Sequence record: NZ_CP143948.1
Source: a plasmid
Length of the DNA: 64,000 nt
Strand: one strand, 5' to 3'
Below, one piece after another: positions 1-9,315 of this stretch. The notes under the pieces were generated by a model that was given only the letters and a program-made list of their open reading frames with translations, did no database searches and was not told where the DNA came from. The first letter of the stretch is position 1. Each line of letters begins with the position of its first letter. A program made the translations under genes and the position numbers.

Positions 1-339
1 TCGTGGAAAAAATGCACATGCCACGAAAAACAGCACCGATACTATGCCACATATCCTGATTGCAAGAGCGAATATGTCATCGAGCGCCTTTATGTCCTGC
101 TTGCCCCAATACTGCGCCCCGAGTATTGCAAGCCCTGCTGTAGCGGCTGAAAGAAACATGTTCTGGATGAACTGTATCTGTGTGGCAAGCGAAACCGCTG
201 ACATATAGTTCTGGTCCAGTCCTCCAAGCATGAAAGCATCCGCCACAGCCACCAGCGCCAGCATCAGATTCTGCACCATTATCGGGACCATGAGTGTCCA
301 CAGCTTTTTGTAGAAATGTGTATCAAATTCTATTGTTTT
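1..339 (-). CDS. MATE family efflux transporter, N-terminal part (gene continues beyond the window start)
   Basis: Minus-strand frame opens at the ATG at 337-339 and runs to the window edge without a stop. Translation begins MKTIEFDTHFYKKLWTLMVPIMVQNLMLALVAVADAFMLGGLDQNYMSAVSLATQIQFIQNMF, a typical MATE TM1-TM2 signature. The six-frame track does not list it because it is partial. Confidence 0.75.
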
Positions 340-371
340 CATAAGTAAATTTTACCTCTATATATAAATCT

Positions 372-866
372 CTAAAGGTTTACAAGTATCCGTGTCCATG
401 CTTCGCATAGCCTTTCAAATGACCATGCCGCATTTGCAGGGCTTGTGGACGGCAGTGTGACTGCCTCCATACCTGTCAGAGTAAGCTGATATTTCTTATA
501 AAGCGCTCCTGCTTTATTTCCGTTTACATATACCTGTTTTATATCGGCTGTTTCAAGGATTTTCCTTATATCTGTCGGTTCGACGTTTTTGATGCTGTTG
601 TCGCTCGAACCCTTGATATCACAGCTTTGTATCACATCCCATATGGCTATGTGGTTTTTAAACAGCATATATTTCTTCTCATCTATCGTCTCCGGCACCG
701 GTTCATCCAATAGATACGCAAGCAGCTTCCAAAAACGGTTCTGCTTGTGTCCGTAATAGAAATTGTTTTCCCTTGATGCAACGGACGGCAGAGTGCCGAG
801 GATCAGTATGCGGCTGTTTTCATCATAGACAGGCTCGAAGGAGTGGGTTATGTGTTCGTATTCCAT
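372..866 (-). CDS. uracil-DNA glycosylase superfamily protein (Mug/TDG-like or DNA-deoxyinosine glycosylase family)
   Basis: 164 aa. ILILGTLPSxxS, NxFYYGHKQNRFW and HIAIWDV motifs match UDG-superfamily glycosylases. Confidence 0.6.
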   Translation of the reverse strand: MEYEHITHSFEPVYDENSRILILGTLPSVASRENNFYYGHKQNRFWKLLAYLLDEPVPETIDEKKYMLFKNHIAIWDVIQSCDIKGSSDNSIKNVEPTDIRKILETADIKQVYVNGNKAGALYKKYQLTLTGMEAVTLPSTSPANAAWSFERLCEAWTRILVNL

Positions 867-1138
867 ATTGTTACCTCTTATATCTGCAGCAGCTCTTCCG
901 GCTTATCAATACATTTTAACTATACTACAATGCCGTTGTTTTTTACAACAATACGCATAGTTCCCAGAAAAATAACTTATGATTATTATACTTTATCCAT
1001 CTTGATTTCACAATCTTTTGTTCACGACAAAAAAGTAGTCGTTTCACTTCCACATTTTTTGACGTTATAACCCATTATAACCCATTGATGTTTCACTCAA
1101 AATGGGTTATAATAGATTGTAAGAAACGGGGTGATATT

Positions 1139-2938
1139 ATGGATATCTACAAACGAATTTATGAATTAGAAAACGAGATAGCAGCCTTACCACAAGGTTC
1201 TATCAACATGAAGAAAATTTACGGCAAAGAGCAGCCTTATCTGCAATGGACAGAGAATGGAAAAAGCAAAAGCAAGTACATTAAAAAGAACGAACGCGAA
1301 GAAATTTTTGCAGGTGTTGAAAGGCGCAAACAGCTTCAAGAAGAATTGAAAGAACTGAAACAACACAGTTCTATTGATCCATCTAAATCTACAGATTTTG
1401 AAACTTCTGTCATTATCGGAGAACGTCTTCTGGCACTGACAAAAGGTGTAAAAAACTGGGGAAAACGTGATTGTTTCAGACAGTTACAGGCATATTTAAA
1501 CAGTGAGGAAACAGATCGTGTATGCTTGGTATTTGGTCTGCGACGAACAGGAAAGACAACAATGCTGCGTCAGGCTGTTTTAGGAATGACTCCATCACAG
1601 TCCGCAAAATCAGCATACATCAAAGCAAAAGGGAGCGATACCATGGCAGCGATGAATCGTGATTTGGGCAAACTCCTTGATCTGGGATATGAATATGTTT
1701 TTATTGACGAAGTAACCCTAATGCCCGACTTTATTGATTCAGCAGCACTATTCTCTGATATCTACGCTGCACAAGGTATGAAAATTGTTTTATCCGGAAC
1801 AGATTCTCTTGGCTTTTGGTTTGCGCTTCATCAGGAACTTTATGATCGAGCTGTTACGATTCACACTACCTTTATTCCATTCCGTGAACATAGTCGTTTA
1901 CTCGGTATCGACAGTATTGACGAGTATATTCGCTATGGCGGCACACTTCGTGCAGGAGAACTGGATTTTGATGATAAAGACGTTATTTCAGAGGATGCTT
2001 CGTTCCGTGATGACGAATCCACACGGCGTTATATCGATACCGCAATCTGTAAAAATATCCAGCACTCCCTGAGTTGTTGTCAAGACGGAGGATATTTCCG
2101 TCATCTCCAATCACTCTATGAGGCAGGTGAACTAACAGGTGCTATCAATCGAATCATTGAGGATATGAATCATCGTTTCCTTATTCGTATTCTGACCGAC
2201 AAATTCAAATCTCATGATTTGGGTTCAGCTGCTGATGTTTTGCGAAGAGATCGTAATCCCAAACAGCGTACAGATATTTTGGATAAAATCGATACAGAAG
2301 CAGTAACCAAACGATTAATGGATATGTTGGAGATTCACAATAAAGAAGAACAATCTATTGGTATTACAAATGCTCACATAGAGGAAATCAAAGAATATTT
2401 GAAAGCACTTGACCTGATTGTTGACGTTCCACGAGAAACGGTAATTCCAAGTGCCGAACCACTAGAGAATATTTTATTCACGCAACCAGGCATGCGTTAT
2501 TGCCAGGCACAGGCATTGGTTCATTCTTTGACAAAAGATGAATTATTCTCTACATTGAGCGAGCACGAAAAAATGTTAGTTTCTGAACGTATTTTGGAAG
2601 AAGTGCGTGGTCGTATGATGGAAGACATCGTACTTTTAGAAACATTCAAATCGGCTAAAAGGCATCAACGTGTTTTCAAATTGCAATTTGCTGTCGGCGA
2701 ATACGATATGGTAATTTACGATGCTAAACTCAATACATGTGAATGCTACGAAATAAAACACAGCTCGAAAATTGTTCCAATGCAAGCCCGCTTCTTAGTT
2801 GACGAAGAGAAACTGAATCAAACAAGTCAGAGATTTGGCCAGATTACCAAGCGATGTGTGCTCTATCGTGGTGAAGATTCCGTCATGGAAAATGGCGTTG
2901 AGTATCAGAATGTAGAAAATTATTTGAAACATTTATAA
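1139..2938 (+). CDS. AAA+ ATPase, AAA_14/DUF4143 family, with an N-terminal coiled-coil extension
   Basis: Walker A motif GLRRTGKTTML, Walker B motif YVFIDEV, C-terminal DUF4143-like region. Start placed at MDIYKRIY (ATG 1139) because a GGGGTGA RBS lies just upstream. The track ORF begins earlier, at 1085. Confidence 0.7.
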   Translation: MDIYKRIYELENEIAALPQGSINMKKIYGKEQPYLQWTENGKSKSKYIKKNEREEIFAGVERRKQLQEELKELKQHSSIDPSKSTDFETSVIIGERLLALTKGVKNWGKRDCFRQLQAYLNSEETDRVCLVFGLRRTGKTTMLRQAVLGMTPSQSAKSAYIKAKGSDTMAAMNRDLGKLLDLGYEYVFIDEVTLMPDFIDSAALFSDIYAAQGMKIVLSGTDSLGFWFALHQELYDRAVTIHTTFIPFREHSRLLGIDSIDEYIRYGGTLRAGELDFDDKDVISEDASFRDDESTRRYIDTAICKNIQHSLSCCQDGGYFRHLQSLYEAGELTGAINRIIEDMNHRFLIRILTDKFKSHDLGSAADVLRRDRNPKQRTDILDKIDTEAVTKRLMDMLEIHNKEEQSIGITNAHIEEIKEYLKALDLIVDVPRETVIPSAEPLENILFTQPGMRYCQAQALVHSLTKDELFSTLSEHEKMLVSERILEEVRGRMMEDIVLLETFKSAKRHQRVFKLQFAVGEYDMVIYDAKLNTCECYEIKHSSKIVPMQARFLVDEEKLNQTSQRFGQITKRCVLYRGEDSVMENGVEYQNVENYLKHL

Positions 2939-3169
2939 TTTTCCCCTAAAGAAAGAGAGGTCCATGACATTTAACATCATGAACCTCTCTTTCTTTATTA
3001 TCCTCTATGAGCCATCCACTTCTTTTGCTTCTTCCAGCAACGGCTGTAGCTCGTTTGCTTGAGTGCAATATAAACACCAGAAGTACAGGTTTTCAAAGCT
3101 AATTCATGAAATCGTTTACACATACTTAACAGCTGATAAATACTGGAATGTTAATAATTCTACGCAGCA

Positions 3170-3203
3170 AAAAAGGAACCGGAAAATCCGGTTCCTTTTT
3201 GAT
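3170..3203. terminator. bidirectional rho-independent terminator between convergent genes
   Basis: aaaaaGGAACCGGaaaatCCGGTTCCttttt: perfect 9-bp stem flanked by A-run and T-run. Confidence 0.7.
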
Positions 3204-3258
3204 ATCGCATCTTTTATGATAAATATATTCTAACTGCTTCATATAAGTAATACACAAA

Positions 3259-4734
3259 TCAGCTCAGCTCTATCTCATATGCTCCGGCTTCAAAATCCAC
3301 CGTAAGAAGCGCATACGCTTCACCGTTATCATAGCGGATTGAGAGCTTTGGTCCTTCTCCTGCTACTGTGATGACAGCTCCCTTCTCAAACGCCTTATGG
3401 GTGTTTCTCATGCGAAGCAGCTCAAGCTGCTTTGCAACAACATCCTTTTTTAGCGCCTCCTCAATATCGGAAGCACTGAGGTTTGTCCTGTTGATTTCCT
3501 TATGTCCTGATTCTCCTGCTCGTCTTACTGCCTCATGGTCATTTTTGCCTGCAAAGAGATCCAGATACCATACCTGCGGCTTGCCCGGCATGAACATCTG
3601 AATAGCACGGGCCAGAAGCATTTTGCTGTCAGACTCACCAAGCGCACTGTAATATGTGGCATTGACCTGATAATATATATTCTTCTGTCCATGAAGATTT
3701 TTGACCATGCCGCCACGAGATACAATCAAATCTATAAGCGAGCGAATATCGTCCTCCGGAAGCAGACCCTTTAAATCCAGAAGAGGTATGCCGTCATGGC
3801 AGCCAAGCATATTGACAGTGGAGATTTTATCATCCACAACCTCACGCGCCCATTTTGCAAGGTAATCTGCTCTCCTGTTCTCAATCGCGTCAATTACCAG
3901 TCCCGGTAAAAAGAAATCATATGTGGCATAGCCCTTATCTGCAAGGGTTTTGTATATTTTCTCCTCATATGCCGCGTGTATTTCAGGCAGCAGAGTCAGC
4001 CCGAGCGGAGCTGCAAGCTCATGGATCTGCTGTAGAAATTCCCAGGTCTCAGGATCATTCAGGAAATTCTTTTTCCCCGGTGCCTTAGGCGCATAGGCAA
4101 ATGCATCGAGCCGCACAATAGCCGCACCGTAGGATGCTATTTTTTCAAGTGTTTCACGATAAAAATCCCATACCTTTTCGGACTTTATATTTAAATCCAT
4201 CTGCCCCAGATATTCTCTGCCATGCACCTCCTGGTAAAATGTGTTCCAGTATGGCACCCTTCGTCCATCCGGAAACTCAACCATGAGAATCGGAAGCCCC
4301 GGCTTTCTGAAAAACATCTGCTTTAAGCATGACTCATCAGGCTGTATGTAGCCCTCGTCCGTCATGACTCCATGACCTTCCCAGAATTTGTTCCAGTCTA
4401 TGAAAAAATCCCGGTACTCCGACTCATCGCCCTTTTCCACAAGATCCTTGAACTGTGGTGACTGTGCTGAAGCATGATTTAAAATAAAGTCAAGCTTTAA
4501 GTCAATCCCCAGCTCCTTCAATTGCGATAAATCCTCTATTGTCGCAAGCTCCTCATTCAGATTGTAGTCCACGACCGAAAATCCGCGATCCAAATCCGAA
4601 TGATACAGGCTTGGCAGAATATAAAATGATGAAAATGTGTCCTGCATTTCCTTCTTTTTGAGCAGCGCTGCGATATCGGAAAGCTTACCGCCCAGACTGT
4701 CAGGATATGCGTTAAGCATAGGTTTATTGTTCAT
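3259..4734 (-). CDS. gtfA: sucrose phosphorylase (GH13_18 family)
   Basis: Matches sucrose phosphorylase along its length (YPDSLGG, FYILP, ILNHASAQSPQFKDLVEKGDESEY, RLDAFAYAPK). The track ORF begins at a TTG (4755). An ATG at 4734 with an AAGGATGG RBS lies 5 nt after the alpha-galactosidase stop. Confidence 0.8.
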   Translation of the reverse strand: MNNKPMLNAYPDSLGGKLSDIAALLKKKEMQDTFSSFYILPSLYHSDLDRGFSVVDYNLNEELATIEDLSQLKELGIDLKLDFILNHASAQSPQFKDLVEKGDESEYRDFFIDWNKFWEGHGVMTDEGYIQPDESCLKQMFFRKPGLPILMVEFPDGRRVPYWNTFYQEVHGREYLGQMDLNIKSEKVWDFYRETLEKIASYGAAIVRLDAFAYAPKAPGKKNFLNDPETWEFLQQIHELAAPLGLTLLPEIHAAYEEKIYKTLADKGYATYDFFLPGLVIDAIENRRADYLAKWAREVVDDKISTVNMLGCHDGIPLLDLKGLLPEDDIRSLIDLIVSRGGMVKNLHGQKNIYYQVNATYYSALGESDSKMLLARAIQMFMPGKPQVWYLDLFAGKNDHEAVRRAGESGHKEINRTNLSASDIEEALKKDVVAKQLELLRMRNTHKAFEKGAVITVAGEGPKLSIRYDNGEAYALLTVDFEAGAYEIELS

Positions 4735-7564
4735 AGACTTTGCCATCCTTTCCAACTACTATACGCGCATTTTTACTCTGTAAATCAAGCTTTTCCTGCT
4801 CCAACTCTACCACGCGGCATATGAAAGGGCTTGCGGCGTTTTCGTCACGTCCTCTCTTAATGCGGCGCGCCTTAGTCTCCTCAGGCGAACTCTCCAAAAA
4901 TACAGGTATATCAACACCCTTAAGGTATTCGCTTCCTCCGTGGGTCCACTCCAGGATGAGCACCTTAATTCCTGTAAAATCAGTTTCATCATATGAGATA
5001 TCACCGTCCTGGCGGCCCATATGCTTTATCTCAATTATATTTTTTCCTTTCTTAAACTCTGAAAGCTCCTTGTTAATCCTGTCAAAGTCAATCTCCTTAG
5101 GTGTTCCAAGATATCCACGTAAGCCATCCTCACCGGACTCGTTATACACATTAAGGCGTTCTTCGTCGTTTCTCATCGGGATACGGTGTGGATAATTGTC
5201 CCCAGTCAGCACATAGCAGGCTGTATTATCCTTCAAAAAATACTGCTGCAGGGCTGCTGCAATCGTTGTCTTTCCTGAGCCTGAGCCGCCGTAGATGCTT
5301 ATTACAATACGTTTATCAGAAGAACTATCTGCAGTGTCAGCCTCACTTAATTTTAGATTGCCGCACACCTTCTTTATCTCATCATACAGCTTCTTTGCCT
5401 CATCAAGCCTGATAAATGAAAACTGATATGCCTCATACTCCTTTGTTGCAAACGGAAGCGGTATTCCGGCATTCATCAGTGCTGCACCTGTGTACTGCCT
5501 GCCGGTATTTTCCTCAATATATACTGCATCCGACTCCAAGCCCTTAAGCTTCACATAGCAAGCAGCCGCGTTTGCCTCCGCATACAGACGAACCACGCTC
5601 ACAAGCGCCCTGTCCTTTGCCCTTGAGACAGACATCCACGCAGCCACCTCATCCTCAAATGGGCTTGTAAGGCGCCAGTAGGTGCCCTCATTTATAAGCA
5701 TCTCATACTTCTTAAAGGTCTTGATCTGCTCTCTGATTTCTTCCTTTTCCTCATCCGACAGAAGGGCCGGATTCAGCTCATAGCCAAAGGTTCCTGCCAT
5801 GGCTGTGATGCCTCTTGTTTTAAGGCTTGTCACTCTGCCGGTCTGATGATTTGGCACTGCCGATACATGCGCTCCCATGGACGATACCGGATAGAAGAAT
5901 GATGTGCCATACTGTATTCTTGTACGGTTTATGGCATCTGTATTGTCACTGCACCATATCTGTGGACTGTAGTAGAGCATGCCTGCATCAAATCGTCCAC
6001 CGCCACCGCTGCAGCCCTCAAGAAGTATATCCGGATATCTTGTCACCAGACGCTCCATAAAATCATACACTCCAAGCACGTAGTCGTATGCAAGATTTCC
6101 TGCATATACGTCAGCCATGCTTCTGTTCATATCCCACTTCACGTAGTCGATTTTTCCCTGGTCAAACACTGCGCAGATCTGATTGAAAATATTGTCCCTG
6201 ACTTCTTTTCTCGAAAAGTCTAAAAGAAGCTGGTTTCTTGAGCGTACAGGAAGCTTTCCCGGAATCTGGATAGCCCAGTCAGGATGCTCTCTGTACAGAT
6301 TACTGTCCTCATTTACCATCTCAGGCTCAATCCATATTCCAAACTTCACTCCCTGCGCATGCACTCTGTCGATGAGCTCAGAAAGTGTTCCGCCAAGCTT
6401 TTTCTCATTCACAAACCAGTCACCGAGTGATGAATTATCATCATCTCTCTTTCCAAACCAGCCGTCATCCATGACCACCATATCTATGCCCAGTGATGCG
6501 GCCTCCTTTGCAAGGTCTACTATCGTATCACCGGTAAAGTCAAAGTAAGCAGCCTCCCAGCTATTGATGAGCACCGGTCTTACCTCATGTGCAAATCTGC
6601 TCCTGCACACATGCTCACTGATGCAGGTGTGGTACTGATGGGAAAGCTGTGAGAAACCGTCTGCCGAGTATGACATAATCACCTCAGGCACTGTAAAGGT
6701 CTCTCCTGCCGCAAGCGGATATGAAAACAGCTCATCGGAAAGCCCCATTAAAAGGCGTGTCTGGTTAATCTGATCCTTCTCTGCCTCACATGAGAAGTTG
6801 CCACTATATACAAAAAGCATACCATAGCAGTCTCCTGCATTTTCTGTAGTATCGCGCTGTGCGAGAATAACCGCCGGATTGTACTGGTGGCTCGAGGTTC
6901 CTCTGCGGCTTCCGAATGAAAGTGTGCCGTGTCCTAAGTGTGTGCGCTCAAGATTGCGCTCCATGGCATGCTTACCGTAGAATCTGATCACATCATAGTC
7001 TCCGTAAACCATATCCAGGCAGGCAGCATGAGCCTTTTCAATTGTAATATTCCCACTGCCTGTATTTTTAATGAGCACACTTCTTGTGATGACATCACAA
7101 GCCTCAAGCACACCATAAAGCAGATGCACCTCAACGCCTGCGATATCATCGCCAAGAACTATTTCAAGAGTCTGCGCTTCATCATCAGATGCCCACACTG
7201 CCGGAAGTCCCTTTAGAGCGTATTTTCCGTCTCTGATTTCATGACTCTTATAAAGAAGCTCAACACTCTCAGTGCCCTGTTCGTTTTTGATATCAAGCGC
7301 AATATTTCTGAAATCGCCTGTGCCAAGTGTCGGATACTCCTGTGGCAGCGTATCAAGCGAATATGTACGGTTCATGCCTGCTGCGTAAGGATTGCCTGAA
7401 AAGCCTCTGTCAGCATATGTCAGAACATAGTCCATATCACATGTGCTTTTTGCTCCGTAGTACAGATGCAGCAGATAGCCCAGTCTGTCCACCTGCATCT
7501 GATATGTGGTGTGAGCTGTCTGTAAAGTAAAAATTTTCTTGTTTGGATTAAATATAATTGCCAT
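4724..7564 (-). CDS. GH36 alpha-galactosidase fused to a C-terminal uridine-kinase/PRK-like P-loop kinase domain
   Basis: Residues 1-~725 match a GH36 alpha-galactosidase (AgaA/MelA type). Residues ~735-946 carry a Walker A motif (ISIYGGSGSGKTT) and Udk-like blocks (VLILEW, DIPVFLESSPEETKARRIKRGRDE, IVVGKDG). The ORF is continuous at 946 aa. Confidence 0.75.
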   Translation of the reverse strand: MAIIFNPNKKIFTLQTAHTTYQMQVDRLGYLLHLYYGAKSTCDMDYVLTYADRGFSGNPYAAGMNRTYSLDTLPQEYPTLGTGDFRNIALDIKNEQGTESVELLYKSHEIRDGKYALKGLPAVWASDDEAQTLEIVLGDDIAGVEVHLLYGVLEACDVITRSVLIKNTGSGNITIEKAHAACLDMVYGDYDVIRFYGKHAMERNLERTHLGHGTLSFGSRRGTSSHQYNPAVILAQRDTTENAGDCYGMLFVYSGNFSCEAEKDQINQTRLLMGLSDELFSYPLAAGETFTVPEVIMSYSADGFSQLSHQYHTCISEHVCRSRFAHEVRPVLINSWEAAYFDFTGDTIVDLAKEAASLGIDMVVMDDGWFGKRDDDNSSLGDWFVNEKKLGGTLSELIDRVHAQGVKFGIWIEPEMVNEDSNLYREHPDWAIQIPGKLPVRSRNQLLLDFSRKEVRDNIFNQICAVFDQGKIDYVKWDMNRSMADVYAGNLAYDYVLGVYDFMERLVTRYPDILLEGCSGGGGRFDAGMLYYSPQIWCSDNTDAINRTRIQYGTSFFYPVSSMGAHVSAVPNHQTGRVTSLKTRGITAMAGTFGYELNPALLSDEEKEEIREQIKTFKKYEMLINEGTYWRLTSPFEDEVAAWMSVSRAKDRALVSVVRLYAEANAAACYVKLKGLESDAVYIEENTGRQYTGAALMNAGIPLPFATKEYEAYQFSFIRLDEAKKLYDEIKKVCGNLKLSEADTADSSSDKRIVISIYGGSGSGKTTIAAALQQYFLKDNTACYVLTGDNYPHRIPMRNDEERLNVYNESGEDGLRGYLGTPKEIDFDRINKELSEFKKGKNIIEIKHMGRQDGDISYDETDFTGIKVLILEWTHGGSEYLKGVDIPVFLESSPEETKARRIKRGRDENAASPFICRVVELEQEKLDLQSKNARIVVGKDGKVYEQ

Positions 7565-7603
7565 AAAATCACCTCATATTATTGTTAAAATAGTGTTTAA
7601 AAA

Positions 7604-8440
7604 TTATCCCTTGATTGCACCGTTTGCAACACCGTTTAATATCTGCTTCTGGCAGATTATATAGAATATAAGTATCGGTATCAAAGCCAGAATATATGAT
7701 GCAAATGCCAGATTGTAGTTGGTTCCAAACTGTGTCTGGAAATTCAGCTGTGCCAGCGGCAGTGTATTCTGTCCTGTTCCTGACATGATGACAAGCGGTG
7801 TCATGACATCATTCCAGGTACCGAGTGCTGTCAGGATGGCTACTGTCGCATGCATAGGCTTCATCATAGGAAATACAACTCTCCAGTATGTTGTCCATGT
7901 ACTTGCGCCATCGATGTCTGCAGCCTCCTCAAGTGCCATAGGGATATTTTTCAAGTATCCACTATATAATAATACATTCATTGGCATGTAAAATACAAGA
8001 TATAAAATGATAACTCCTGCCCTGTTTCCAAGTCCCATCTGCGCAGTCTGCTTTACAAGAGGCATCATGAGAATTGAGAATGGCACAAACATACCGCTTA
8101 CAATGTAAAGATATATGAAACGGAAGCTCTTTTTCCTTGCCATGCCTCGTCCGATAACATATCCTGCAATCGAATGGATAAGGATTGCGAGAACAATGGT
8201 CACAATAGTGATAAGTAAGCTGTTTCCGAGAGAATGCCAGAAATCAGTCACCTTCATAGCCTCTGTGAAGTTTGAAAAGCTCCACTTTGAAGGGAATGAA
8301 AGAGCTCCTGCGACATCATTTGTCATCTCACTCGGTTTCTTGAAGGCAATGATAACAGCCATATACAGCGGGAAAAATACTGTTAAGGTTCCCAATATTA
8401 AAACGATGGTAAGTACCCAGTTTGATTTTTGTTTTTTCAT
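7604..8440 (-). CDS. carbohydrate ABC transporter permease (MalG/RafG-like)
   Basis: 278 aa, 6 TM, EAA-like loop (ALEEAADIDGAST). Lies in the raffinose locus. Confidence 0.8.
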   Translation of the reverse strand: MKKQKSNWVLTIVLILGTLTVFFPLYMAVIIAFKKPSEMTNDVAGALSFPSKWSFSNFTEAMKVTDFWHSLGNSLLITIVTIVLAILIHSIAGYVIGRGMARKKSFRFIYLYIVSGMFVPFSILMMPLVKQTAQMGLGNRAGVIILYLVFYMPMNVLLYSGYLKNIPMALEEAADIDGASTWTTYWRVVFPMMKPMHATVAILTALGTWNDVMTPLVIMSGTGQNTLPLAQLNFQTQFGTNYNLAFASYILALIPILIFYIICQKQILNGVANGAIKG

Positions 8441-9315
8441 TATAACTGCTCCTCCTTCTTATTCATAACGCCCATCTGGAATAGTGAAATAGCCACAATT
8501 ACAACAAAGAAAATTACTGCGTTTGCACTCTGGAAGCCAAACTGTCCTCCATCCATACCATTTCTGTAAATCAGGTATGAGATTGACTCAGTGCTCTGCG
8601 CCGGGCCGCCCTTTGTCAATGACATAATCTGGTCAAATACCATGAGGAAGTTCTTTGTGCTGAGCACCAGATTGATTGTAACAAATGGCATAACGAGTGG
8701 AAATGTAACCTTCCAGAACTGCTTCCATTTGCTTGCTCCGTCGAGCATGCTGGCTTCGTAAACATCCTCAGGCACTGTCTGCAGTCCGGATATATAAATG
8801 ATGGTATTCATGGCAACCGCCTGCCATACCCCGACAATCAGCACACCAATCCATGCATATTTTTCACTCGCCAGAATACTGTTTTGTAAGAAACCGATGT
8901 TGAAGGTATTTCCTACTGCCGGCAGAATATATGTAAAAATAAAGCTGAAAATGTAACCAATAACCAGTCCGCCAAGGATATTCGGTACGAAATAAACACC
9001 TCTTAATGCACTCTTGCCGCGGATATTGCTGTTTAACGCAACTGCCATTACAAGGCTTAATACATTTACAAGTACAGTTCCTGCAATCGCATATTTAAAG
9101 GTAAACAGATAGCTCTTTCCGACTCTGGCGTCGGTAAACAGGTCTGTATAGTTTCTAAGTCCGACATAATCATATGAGCCATAGCCCTTGTAGTTTGTAA
9201 AGCTGTAAATCACACCCTTTATCATCGGCAGTGTGTTGAATGCGAAAAATAAAACCACAACAGGTATCACAACTGCCCAGAATGTCTTGTCTCTATTTGA
9301 CATTTTCTTTTTCAT
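8440..9315 (-). CDS. carbohydrate ABC transporter permease (MalF/RafF-like)
   Basis: 291 aa membrane protein with EASMLDGASKWKQFWKVTFP. Translationally coupled to the downstream permease. Confidence 0.8.
   Translation of the reverse strand: MKKKMSNRDKTFWAVVIPVVVLFFAFNTLPMIKGVIYSFTNYKGYGSYDYVGLRNYTDLFTDARVGKSYLFTFKYAIAGTVLVNVLSLVMAVALNSNIRGKSALRGVYFVPNILGGLVIGYIFSFIFTYILPAVGNTFNIGFLQNSILASEKYAWIGVLIVGVWQAVAMNTIIYISGLQTVPEDVYEASMLDGASKWKQFWKVTFPLVMPFVTINLVLSTKNFLMVFDQIMSLTKGGPAQSTESISYLIYRNGMDGGQFGFQSANAVIFFVVIVAISLFQMGVMNKKEEQL

Noticed and set aside
2939-3010. 14-bp-stem hairpin AAAGAAAGAGAGGT-n21-ACCTCTCTTTCTTT after the AAA ATPase gene, considered as a structured RNA
   Set aside because: Most simply a transcription terminator or attenuator for the ATPase gene. 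The stronger canonical terminator is at 3170-3203. No further conserved structure is evident.
4740-5195. 151-aa plus-strand ORF, and similar antisense ORFs inside the alpha-galactosidase gene (5188-5412, 5827-6060, 6183-6548)
   Set aside because: They lie entirely within a well-supported minus-strand gene, have low-complexity S/L/R-rich translations and no RBS. They are antisense artefacts.
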